A program made the position numbers and the translations under genes. From Thermococcus sp. JdFR-02 (GTDB taxonomy: Archaea > Methanobacteriota_B > Thermococci > Thermococcales > Thermococcaceae), in assembly GCA_002009975.1 (NCBI GenBank), contig MTLP01000028.1:24546-56545 (forward strand): 32,000 nucleotides of DNA, written 5' to 3'. Shown here piece by piece: positions 7,404-15,413 of the stretch (the first letter of the stretch is position 1; each line of letters starts with the position of its first letter). The notes beneath the pieces are model-generated. The model saw nothing but the letters and a program-made list of their open reading frames with translations. It did no database searches and was not told the DNA's origin.

Positions 7404-8795
7404 CTAAGCAGTTTCTTCTGATTTTTCGATTATCCTCTTCATCCAAGAACCTTTCAAAAACCATGCTAATCCTACACCAGCGGCGATGAAGTTACTCAAG
7501 CCCATTCCTAAAAAGACTCCAGTGGAAGATTTCATCACTATGTACCCAAAAATATAGCTTAGAGGAATTCTCAATCCCCAAAGACGGAACATATCTATAA
7601 CCATAGACTTCTTTGTATGTCCAGCGCTTCTAAAAACATTTGTAACTACCATAAAAACTCCATCGAATACAGGAACCGAAATGAGAAAATACTTCAAAAC
7701 AATCCTGCTTTCTTCTATTACTGCTGGATCATCTAAAAAGAGCTTAAATACTGGAACTCTGAATATTGCAAGCAAAAGAACAGCAACACTTGCTATAGTG
7801 AAGTTAATCAGCATTGTTCTCTCAGCTATCTTTTTAGCTCTCTCATACTTTTCTGCTCCTATATTTTGAGCTATCATCGTCCCCATAGCCATGGAAATTC
7901 CACGTGCTACGTTAGCTAAAAAGTTAACCAAACGGGTCGTGATTGTGTAAGCTGCATACGTAACATCTCCAAAGCCGAAGATAATTCTTGTTAAAACAAC
8001 AAAACCAAAGCTGTTAGCTGAGGAGCCTATACTTGAAGGTAAACCAACTTTAAAGATTTTCTGGTAAAAATCAAAATCTGGTCTGAGGGTATCTCTCGTT
8101 AAGTGTAATCCAACTTTTCCAGTTAAAAGGAGATAAGCACCTATAACTGAGCCTATGCTATTTGAAAATATTGTTGCCAACGCTGCCCCTGTAACTTCCA
8201 ATTTTGGAAAGCCAAAGAGCCCGAAAATGAGTATTGGGTCTAAGACCATGTTTAGCCCGACAGTGAGGAAGCTTATTTTTACTGGTGTTTTTGTGTCCCC
8301 AACTGCCCTCATAAGGAAGCTGAAGGAGAAGAAAGTGAATGCAAAGGGTATTCCAGCAAATATTACCCTAAGATACCCTAAGGCATAGGGATAAACAGTT
8401 GGAGTTACTTTCATAAAATTTAGTGCATAGGGAGATATCCAATAACCTACAATTGCAACGATAGATGCAAATATAAGCATGAGTGAATACAATGCGCCAG
8501 CGGCTTTGTTGGCTTTTTTATATTCTTCAGCTCCTATGTATTGTCCAACGAAGGCAAATCCTGCAGTTGTAAATCCCATACCCAAGCTCATCAAAGTCCC
8601 AATTAGTGGCCATGCTGTCCCTGGAGCTGATAATGCTTCTCTTCCAAGTTTGCCTAACCAAAATGTGTCGGTGATGTTATAAACCACCTGAATTAGGTTA
8701 TTTACTATTAAAGGTCCCGCTAATCGGAGTAGTGTTCTCTCTATGCCCCCGCTGACTATCTCCTCACGCATTTTTTGGATTTTTTCATCTTTCAT
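7404..8795 (-). CDS. MATE family efflux transporter (paralog 1)
   Basis: 12-TM profile. The N-terminal 'LAGPLIVNNLIQVVYNITDTFWLGKLG' block is typical of MATE/NorM-DinF proteins. The ATG at 8795 is preferred over the TTG at 8801. Confidence 0.88.
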   Translation of the reverse strand: MKDEKIQKMREEIVSGGIERTLLRLAGPLIVNNLIQVVYNITDTFWLGKLGREALSAPGTAWPLIGTLMSLGMGFTTAGFAFVGQYIGAEEYKKANKAAGALYSLMLIFASIVAIVGYWISPYALNFMKVTPTVYPYALGYLRVIFAGIPFAFTFFSFSFLMRAVGDTKTPVKISFLTVGLNMVLDPILIFGLFGFPKLEVTGAALATIFSNSIGSVIGAYLLLTGKVGLHLTRDTLRPDFDFYQKIFKVGLPSSIGSSANSFGFVVLTRIIFGFGDVTYAAYTITTRLVNFLANVARGISMAMGTMIAQNIGAEKYERAKKIAERTMLINFTIASVAVLLLAIFRVPVFKLFLDDPAVIEESRIVLKYFLISVPVFDGVFMVVTNVFRSAGHTKKSMVIDMFRLWGLRIPLSYIFGYIVMKSSTGVFLGMGLSNFIAAGVGLAWFLKGSWMKRIIEKSEETA

Positions 8796-8827
8796 GCTCA
8801 ATCAGACAAAAATCGAAATGTTATGAT

Positions 8828-10204
8828 TTAAGTGTTGTGGTCTATGATGCGCCTCATCCAAGTACCGCGGAAGAACCAGGCAAGAGCTATCAAAGCAGTG
8901 AGAAGATTGCTTAATCCCATACCAAGCCACACGCCAATAGTACTGTTAAAAAAGATGCCCAAAGTATATGCAAGGGGTATTCTTAGAGCCCAGAGCCTTA
9001 GGATTCCAAGGATCATAGCCTTTTTGGTGTGTCCTGCGCTTTGGAAGACGTTACTTACAGCTGCGAGTATTCCAAAGAATGGCAGCGAGAATGCGAAGTA
9101 CTTTATGAATCTCGCACTTTCAGCCAGAACAGCCTTATCCTTTATGAAAAAGCCAAAGATTTGAGGTCTGAAAATAACAACGAGGGCTGTTCCAATGCTT
9201 AGAATTATGAAGTTGGTAAACATTGCTTTTTCGGCTATCTCCTTTGCTCTCTCATACTTCTCCGCTCCAACGTTTTGACCTACCATGGTTCCCATGGCTT
9301 GACTTATGCCGTTGGCAAAAGCAAACATAAAGTTCGTTAATCTGTTAGCTATCGTGTATGTTGCAAAGGCTACAGTTCCATAGGCATAGATTATCCTTGT
9401 GAGGACCACGAATCCAAATGCATCTGTAGAGAAGCCAACACTTGAAGGCAATCCCACTTTAAAGATTCGCTTATAGAATCCCCAGTCAGGTTTTAGGGTT
9501 TTGAGTGTGAGATGTATTCCAACTTTGCCCTTGAAGAGCAGATATCCGCCTATGATGGAACCAATGCTGTTCGAAAACATAGTTGCCACTGCAGCCCCAA
9601 TGACGCCCATTCTTGGGAAGCCAAGCCATCCAAAGATTAGTATCGGGTCTAGAATTATGTTAAGAACGATGGTAAACATGTTTATCTTGACTGGTGTTTT
9701 AGTGTCCCCAACAGCCCTGAGAAGGAAGTTAAAGGCAAAGAGTGTGAAGGAAAAAGGAATTCCAATGAAGATTATTCTTATGTAACTTAGCGCGTAGGGA
9801 TACACTTCAGGGGTAACGTTCATAAAGTCAAGAGCAAATGGAGCTATTATTATTCCAAAGAGAGCAACAAAAGCAGAGAACAACATCATCATGGAGTATA
9901 ATGCACCGGCAGATCTGTTTGCTTCATCGTACTTCTTTGCACCTACATATTGACTCACAAAGGCAAATCCCGCAGTTGTGAATCCCATTCCAAGACTCAT
10001 AAAGAACCATACTAGAGGCCAAGATGTACCAGGGGCAGAAAGTTCTTCTCTCCCAAGCTTGCCTAACCAAAATGTATCAGTTAAGTTGTAGAGAACTTGA
10101 ACCATATTGTTGATGATTAGGGGATATGCCAGTCTAAGGAGGGTCTTTTCTATGCTGCCTTCAATGATTTCCTTGCGCATCACTTGAATTTTCTCTCCAT
10201 TCAT
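8828..10204 (-). CDS. MATE family efflux transporter (paralog 2, tandem duplicate)
   Basis: Collinear with, and clearly homologous to, the downstream MATE gene along its whole length (for example TDTFWLGKLGRE(A/E)LSAPGT and AVGDTKTPVKI). The ATG at 10204 is preferred over the TTG at 10213. Confidence 0.88.
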   Translation of the reverse strand: MNGEKIQVMRKEIIEGSIEKTLLRLAYPLIINNMVQVLYNLTDTFWLGKLGREELSAPGTSWPLVWFFMSLGMGFTTAGFAFVSQYVGAKKYDEANRSAGALYSMMMLFSAFVALFGIIIAPFALDFMNVTPEVYPYALSYIRIIFIGIPFSFTLFAFNFLLRAVGDTKTPVKINMFTIVLNIILDPILIFGWLGFPRMGVIGAAVATMFSNSIGSIIGGYLLFKGKVGIHLTLKTLKPDWGFYKRIFKVGLPSSVGFSTDAFGFVVLTRIIYAYGTVAFATYTIANRLTNFMFAFANGISQAMGTMVGQNVGAEKYERAKEIAEKAMFTNFIILSIGTALVVIFRPQIFGFFIKDKAVLAESARFIKYFAFSLPFFGILAAVSNVFQSAGHTKKAMILGILRLWALRIPLAYTLGIFFNSTIGVWLGMGLSNLLTALIALAWFFRGTWMRRIIDHNT

Positions 10205-10339
10205 AACAATCAAATCCCAATCGAAACGTTATTATAAAAAGTTTATCGTGGACAAATTATCCTAGATGACGAGAGGAGAATTTTTCTTTCTCGTTTTATG
10301 CTAACAATTCTCAATTAGTAGTTTATTCGAAAGAATAGC

Positions 10340-10409
10340 ACGGAAGACAGCAAGTTATGAAAACAAATTAAACAAAAGGAGAAAAGTTAAGAGACCTCAG
10401 AAGAGGTCT
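10340..10409 (-). terminator. ppsA terminator region: GC-rich hairpin over the stop codon followed by oligo-T tracts
   Basis: Minus-strand RNA AGACCUC-UUCU-GAGGUCU (10392..10409), then CTTAACTTTTCTCCTTTTGTTTAATTTGTTTTC. Archaeal termination typically uses T-tracts. Confidence 0.5.
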
Positions 10410-12763
10410 TCCTCGTCCTTAAAGAGTTGCCTTCTTGCTGCTTCAAGCATGAGCTTTCTCTCTTCTTGGGCAACTACTTGTCTAATTAGTTGTACTGCAT
10501 CTGGGTTAGCTGAGATACTGTCAATGCCAAGTCTTACTAAAATTCTCGCCATCTTTGGATCGCTTCCAGCTTGTCCACAGATGCTTGTCTCAAATCCGTA
10601 CTTCTTAGCTACCTTGATGACGTACTTGATTAATCTAACAACTGCTGGGTGTGTCTCATCGTAGAGTTTTGCAACTCTCTCGTTGTCTCTATCTAATGCT
10701 AAGGTGTATTGTGTTAGGTCGTTTGTACCAAAGCTTATGAAGTCGATTCCTTCCTTAGCCAAGTCTTCGATGATTAAAGCAGCTGCTGGAACCTCAATCA
10801 TGACACCAAAGGCAACATCCTTGTGTGGCTCTAAGCCAACCTCTCTTGCGATCCTCTTAGCCTCTCTAAGCTCTTCAACTCTGCTTACTAATGGAAGCAT
10901 TACACCGACGTTGTTATAACCTTCTTCGACGACCTTCTTGATTGCTGTGAACTCTGCCTTAAGCAATTCTGGTTGATCAATGCTTCTTCTAATTCCTCTC
11001 CATCCAAGCATTGGGTTTCTTTCGTCTGGCTCGTCTTCTCCACCTGGCATTTCCTTGAACTCGTTTGTTGGGGCATCTAATGTTCTATACCAGACTGGTC
11101 TTGGATAGAATGCAGCTGCAACGGTTCTAATTCCATCGGCTAATCTCTCAACAAGCTCATCAAATTTACCTTCCTTAATGAACTTGATTGGGTGTTGTCC
11201 AATTGTTAAGATCATGTGCTCTGCTCTTAGCAATCCAACACCATCTGCACCTGTGGCAGCTGCTCTCTCAGCTACCTCTGGCATTGAAACGTTAACTTTA
11301 ATTAGTGTTCCAGTTACTAATGGAGCACCTGCAACTACTGCTCCTGCAGCGGCTTTTTCTTCCTCTTTCTTCTCGACCAAGCTCTTTACAATACCCTTGT
11401 AAACTAAACCTCTTCCACCATCAACTGTTACATAGTCACCAGTCTTGAGTACTTTTGTTGCTTCTTTTGTACCAACTACACATGGAATTCCAAGCTCTCT
11501 TGAAACGATAGCTGCGTGGCTTGTTCTTCCACCTTCGTCTGTAATGATTGCTGCTGCTCTCTTCATTGCTGGAACCATATCTGGGTTTGTCATTGTTGTG
11601 ACTAAAATATCTCCTTCCTTAACCTTGTCAATTTCATCAGCTTCGAAGATAACGACAACTTTACCAGCACCGATACCTGGTGAAGCACCTAATCCCTTAA
11701 GAATAATTTCAGCTTCTTCAGTCATTTCAGCAGCCTCCTCAGTTGTGACCTCTTTTAATGTGGTAACAGGTCTTGATTGGACAATGTAAAGCTTACCATC
11801 ATCCTTATCATAAGCCCACTCAATATCTTGTGGCCATCCATAGTGCTCCTCAATCTTTTGTCCAATCTTAGCAACCTCAATAACTTGCTCATCTGTGAGA
11901 CATTGCTTCTCAACCCACTCTGGACCTAGGAAGTCAGCAACTTTAACGTAAATTGTTCCCTTTCCAGTCTCTGGGTTCCTAACAACCATAACTTCCTTCT
12001 TGGCGATGAATTTCTCCTTAATTGTCCATGTCTTCTTGTCAACTATGTACTCATCTGGGGTGACTGAACCGCTAACAACTGCCTCACCTAATCCCCAAGA
12101 AGCGTTGATCATTATCTCATCTCTATTGTTGTTAACTGGGTTAGCTGTGAACATAACACCGCTCTTTTCACTGTTAACCATCTTTTGAACAACAGCACTT
12201 AAGTAAACCTTTGTGTGGTCAAATCCTTGCTTCTCTCTATAGAATGTAGCTCTTGCTGTCCAAAGTGAAGCCCAACACTTCTTAACTTTCTCAATAACAT
12301 CATCTGCACCAAGAACATCTAAATAGGTTTCTTGTTGTCCAGCAAATGAAGCCTCTGGTAAGTCCTCAGCTGTTGCAGAGCTTCTAACTGCAACGTAGAC
12401 TGCATCTTTGTTAAACCTTGCACTTAGCTCTTTGTAAGCTTCTCTGATTTCCTTTTCAATCTCTTCGGGCATTGGAAGTGAAATAATCTTTTCTCTAATT
12501 TTAGCGGTGTTCTCTTGCAATTGCTTTGAGTCATCAACGTTTGTTTCTTTAATAACGTCCATAATCCACTCTTGCAAAGTTCTTCCATCTTCGACTTTAA
12601 CATTCTCGACGAAGTATTTGTATGCTTCAGCAGTAACACAGAATCCTGGTGGAACTGGAATTCCAACACTTGTCATTTCTCCAAGGTTTGCGCCCTTTCC
12701 ACCAACGAGTGGAACGTCTGTTTTTCTCAATTCCTCAAACCACTTTATGAATTTGTATGCCAT
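10397..12763 (-). CDS. ppsA: Phosphoenolpyruvate synthase (pyruvate, water dikinase)
   Basis: MAYKFIKWFEEL...VPLVGGKGANLGEM N-terminus, the phosphohistidine region TDEGGRTSHAAIVSRELGIPCVVG, and the C-terminal PEP-utilising TIM barrel (FGTNDLTQY). GGAGGG RBS. 788 aa. Confidence 0.97.
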   Translation of the reverse strand: MAYKFIKWFEELRKTDVPLVGGKGANLGEMTSVGIPVPPGFCVTAEAYKYFVENVKVEDGRTLQEWIMDVIKETNVDDSKQLQENTAKIREKIISLPMPEEIEKEIREAYKELSARFNKDAVYVAVRSSATAEDLPEASFAGQQETYLDVLGADDVIEKVKKCWASLWTARATFYREKQGFDHTKVYLSAVVQKMVNSEKSGVMFTANPVNNNRDEIMINASWGLGEAVVSGSVTPDEYIVDKKTWTIKEKFIAKKEVMVVRNPETGKGTIYVKVADFLGPEWVEKQCLTDEQVIEVAKIGQKIEEHYGWPQDIEWAYDKDDGKLYIVQSRPVTTLKEVTTEEAAEMTEEAEIILKGLGASPGIGAGKVVVIFEADEIDKVKEGDILVTTMTNPDMVPAMKRAAAIITDEGGRTSHAAIVSRELGIPCVVGTKEATKVLKTGDYVTVDGGRGLVYKGIVKSLVEKKEEEKAAAGAVVAGAPLVTGTLIKVNVSMPEVAERAAATGADGVGLLRAEHMILTIGQHPIKFIKEGKFDELVERLADGIRTVAAAFYPRPVWYRTLDAPTNEFKEMPGGEDEPDERNPMLGWRGIRRSIDQPELLKAEFTAIKKVVEEGYNNVGVMLPLVSRVEELREAKRIAREVGLEPHKDVAFGVMIEVPAAALIIEDLAKEGIDFISFGTNDLTQYTLALDRDNERVAKLYDETHPAVVRLIKYVIKVAKKYGFETSICGQAGSDPKMARILVRLGIDSISANPDAVQLIRQVVAQEERKLMLEAARRQLFKDEEDLF

Positions 12764-12783
12764 CTCAATCCCTCCATTTTTAG

Positions 12784-12800
12784 AATAACCGTTGGTGATA
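12784..12800 (-). promoter_or_regulatory. TGM-like (Thermococcales glycolytic motif) half-palindrome at the predicted ppsA transcription start
   Basis: The minus strand reads TATCAC-CAACG-GTTATT against the consensus TATCAC-N5-GTGATA (perfect left half, 4/6 right half). It lies 12 nt downstream of the TATA-like TAATTTTAAATA (12813..12824). Confidence 0.35.
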
Positions 12801-12849
12801 TACGGGGGAGGCTATTTAAAATTAACTGTTCAAGTGTGGTTTTTATATC

Positions 12850-12912
12850 TGTAAAACAAAAAAGAAGCTTTTCCTTTGCAAAAAATAGACCAAAAAAATT
12901 TTGGCTAAAGAC
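12850..12912 (-). terminator. T-tract terminator region downstream of the AglB-like gene
   Basis: The minus strand after the stop reads ...CCAAAATTTTTTTGGTCTATTTTTTGCAAAGGAAAAGCTTCTTTTTTGTTTT, with several T5-T7 runs. Confidence 0.5.
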
Positions 12913-15357
12913 TCAGAAAGAATGAAGTTCTAAAATGATCTCCAATGTATCTAATGCACTTTCAAGACCATAACTGTACTCCAATGCTCTCAAAATGTCA
13001 AGGGTAGCTTGCAGTGGGCGTGGTTCTTTTTGTAGGTCAAATGTTTCTTTAATGATTCTCAGGAGTTGCTCTTCCCTGTCTTTTAGCCCAGCAACGTGAT
13101 ATATGAAGAGAACGTTTGCATAAGTTGCCCTTGAATAGCCATATCCCGACTCTCCCTTAAATCTCCCATTTTCTTCTTGTTGGGTTGTTATCCATTCAGC
13201 GGCTCTTTTAACGGCTTCTAATGCTCTCTCATCTCCACTCAATTGATAGTACCTTGCTAAACCAAACGCTACTGCTATCGTTCCCCCCAAACTTGTTTTC
13301 TTCCATTGTCCATTGTCCTCTTGCTTCTCTAGGATTTTTTCAATGATATTTTGGGTTGTGGTTTCATTTAACACCCCAAGTTCATAGAGAATTGGCAGCA
13401 TTTGGGCTTCTGCTATTAAATCGCCTTTCGTGTCTTTTGGTGTGGTCATGATGTAATCTTCCTTTGTTCTTTCTTTCAGAAGGTTTAGTGCTTTTTGTTT
13501 TCCATCAAAGGGTAGATCTTTTAGTGACTCCATAGTTAGCGTTGTATATAATGTGAAGTCATTTGGTGGGATTCCCTCTATAAATCCACCGTTTTCGAGC
13601 TGTTTATAGGCTAACCATTTAAGGAGCCATTCATATCTCTCTTTTAATTTTTCATTTCCAGTTTCTTTGTAAAGATAAGCATAGAGCTTTGCAATTCTAG
13701 CATTTAAATAATAGTCGCCTTTATATCCCTCATCAAAATCTGCATAATTATAACCAGTCCAGAACTTTTCTAAAAATCTTATTATGCCTGAATACTTCCC
13801 GCTGTATTCTATTTTGTCCATATCTTTTGGATTTAATGCTGGATTTGGAATATACTTATAAACCTCAGAGTTTCCATTAACGAAGAGCGTTTTGAAGTGA
13901 GTATCATAAGTTACATATTCAAGAAGTCCGTATTTCAACAATCCCAGAGTTCTCATTCTTCTGTCAGTATAGATGTAAGTTGCGTTGTATTTCTCTATTA
14001 GTTTGTAAGCTCTCTCCCTTTGGACGGTTCCAAATATTGTGACGACATCGTTGTATGCTTGGATTGCCTCTCTTGGATCTGGGGCTTCACCCATAAAGCC
14101 TTGATAAACTTTCTTCCACATCACTATATCTTTTCTATGGGTGTTCCCAATTAATAGATATCCAACATCCCACCATGTTAAAAAAGTTGCATCCGTTGGC
14201 GTGTTTTCTTTAATCCATTCAAAAGCTTCCTTGTCCTTTACAGTTGGTGGGATTATGTACTTATACGAGGAATAGGCACCTTGAGCGATAGGAGTTAGAA
14301 TCAATAACGCTATTACCAGAGCTTTCATTTTTTTGCTTAAAATAACGCTTCTGAATAAGCTCGAACCTCTTCCCTTTATATCCTTAATAACTATGTAAAA
14401 AATCTCCTCAAGCTTTGGAATTAGCTCATCGTAAATGAACTCTGCAGCCATTATTGAGAGCGGAAAGCTGGCATAGGGATCTCTAAATCTAAAAGCAACG
14501 CTGCCTAAAATTAGAAATATCCATGCCCAGAGTGCAATCCCCTTTCTCACAACATCTCTCTCTAAGTATCTCTTTGTTGCCAATGTTCCAAACAGTAACT
14601 GAATGACCCCAATCCATTTGAAATATCCTAAAGCACTAACTTCCTCTCTTGGCATTCTAAGCAAAAGTCCAGCTATGAACCTGTTGATAGGTGGCAAAAA
14701 GTAAAGCACTACTCCTACTATAATGATGAGAGCAAAGTAGTGAAGATTCCTCTTGATCCATGGAAGCAGGTAGATTAGAATCATTATACCAATGACGCTT
14801 ATGAAGAACACCCAGCCTCTATGGGTAACCATGTAAATTGGGATTAGAACTGCCACACTCACCAAATATCTGATATCTTGACGTCTTAGGAATCTAATAA
14901 AGAGAAGCATGCCTATTGTAAACAGAAGAAGTCCTAAGTTTTCGGGAATGTAAAGGCTACTCCTGTACACAAAATTTGGGGCAAAGGCTAACAAAAGTGT
15001 TGCTAAGAAAGCTTTTTTCCCGCTTTTTAGTATTTCTTTAGAAAGGTAATAAAAAGCGGTTATAGTTAAGACTCCATAAATTGCTGGTAAGAGAAAGAAG
15101 GTGTAATCACTTGGGAAAATTTTGTAGATAACTGCACCGATTATATGGAAGAGCGGAGGATAGCTATAGGCTTTTAGTCCGAGGAGAGAACTTAAGTCTT
15201 TTGAAATTACCCCAAATCCTTCGTTAACTATTCTTAATGTAATGTCCCTGTGTAGGTATTCGTCATACGTAGCCAATAAGAGGTTTCTGTGAGGAATGAG
15301 GCGTATAATGAAAGATATGACGATTAAAATTGAGAGATATGCTTTTTCTCTCTTCAT
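12913..15357 (-). CDS. AglB/STT3-like oligosaccharyltransferase paralog (GT-C membrane domain + WWDxG core) with a C-terminal alpha/alpha-toroid-like domain
   Basis: Polytopic N-terminal 360 aa with a first-loop 'ATYDEYLHRD' (STT3 'DP(Y/W)..R'-like Asp motif). After the last TM comes 'EAFEWIKENTPTDATFLTWWDVGYLL' (WWD at 14168..14175, STT3/AglB WWDYG signature context). The C-terminal 290 aa carry QLENGGF, QEDNGQW and QQEENGRF repeats. Confidence 0.7.
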   Translation of the reverse strand: MKREKAYLSILIVISFIIRLIPHRNLLLATYDEYLHRDITLRIVNEGFGVISKDLSSLLGLKAYSYPPLFHIIGAVIYKIFPSDYTFFLLPAIYGVLTITAFYYLSKEILKSGKKAFLATLLLAFAPNFVYRSSLYIPENLGLLLFTIGMLLFIRFLRRQDIRYLVSVAVLIPIYMVTHRGWVFFISVIGIMILIYLLPWIKRNLHYFALIIIVGVVLYFLPPINRFIAGLLLRMPREEVSALGYFKWIGVIQLLFGTLATKRYLERDVVRKGIALWAWIFLILGSVAFRFRDPYASFPLSIMAAEFIYDELIPKLEEIFYIVIKDIKGRGSSLFRSVILSKKMKALVIALLILTPIAQGAYSSYKYIIPPTVKDKEAFEWIKENTPTDATFLTWWDVGYLLIGNTHRKDIVMWKKVYQGFMGEAPDPREAIQAYNDVVTIFGTVQRERAYKLIEKYNATYIYTDRRMRTLGLLKYGLLEYVTYDTHFKTLFVNGNSEVYKYIPNPALNPKDMDKIEYSGKYSGIIRFLEKFWTGYNYADFDEGYKGDYYLNARIAKLYAYLYKETGNEKLKERYEWLLKWLAYKQLENGGFIEGIPPNDFTLYTTLTMESLKDLPFDGKQKALNLLKERTKEDYIMTTPKDTKGDLIAEAQMLPILYELGVLNETTTQNIIEKILEKQEDNGQWKKTSLGGTIAVAFGLARYYQLSGDERALEAVKRAAEWITTQQEENGRFKGESGYGYSRATYANVLFIYHVAGLKDREEQLLRIIKETFDLQKEPRPLQATLDILRALEYSYGLESALDTLEIILELHSF
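12916..13785 (-). other. C-terminal helical-repeat (prenyltransferase/terpene-cyclase-like QW repeat) domain of the AglB-like protein
   Basis: Three spaced repeats of the form (W/I)(L/I)xxxQxxxNG(G/Q/R)(F/W) are separated by helical segments, as in alpha/alpha toroid folds. Confidence 0.45.
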
Positions 15358-15413
15358 TTTTGATACCCCTTAACTTTTTTAAGTTTTTAACCCACCTAAC
15401 TATTGGTGGTGTA

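Noticed and set aside
7250-7405. tRNA-Leu as a possible integration site; a 9-bp direct repeat TGCACATCT (7370..7378 and 7397..7405) and a 10-bp palindrome TTTGATCAAA lie downstream of it
   Set aside because: There is no duplicated copy of the tRNA 3' end and no integrase or foreign genes beyond it, only MATE transporters. The short repeat lies in the 66-bp spacer, overlaps the MATE stop codon, and is within chance expectation for AT-rich sequence.
10214-10396. Possible C/D-box sRNA or small ORF in the 183-bp spacer between MATE paralog 2 and ppsA (near-C-box TAGATGA at about 10263)
   Set aside because: There is no D box (CTGA) or C'/D' pair at appropriate spacing on either strand, and only tiny ORFs. 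The region is explained by the MATE promoter and the ppsA terminator.
10449-12788. Plus-strand ORFs of 62-114 aa (10449..10664, 10683..10919, 11178..11402, 11445..11789, 12000..12188, 12507..12788), plus the 81-aa minus-strand ORF at 12424..12669
   Set aside because: All lie inside the well-supported ppsA gene: the six plus-strand ORFs are antisense to it and 12424..12669 is in an alternate frame on the same strand. They are Ser/Thr/Pro/Leu-rich shadow frames with no RBS. The same reasoning applies to the shadow ORFs inside the MATE genes (7681..8682, 8832..9785), the protease (20084..25364) and others in the track.
12572-12925. 117-aa plus-strand ORF spanning the ppsA 5' end, the intergenic region and the AglB-like stop
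   Set aside because: It overlaps two strong genes and a promoter/terminator region, has low-complexity composition and has no start-site signals.
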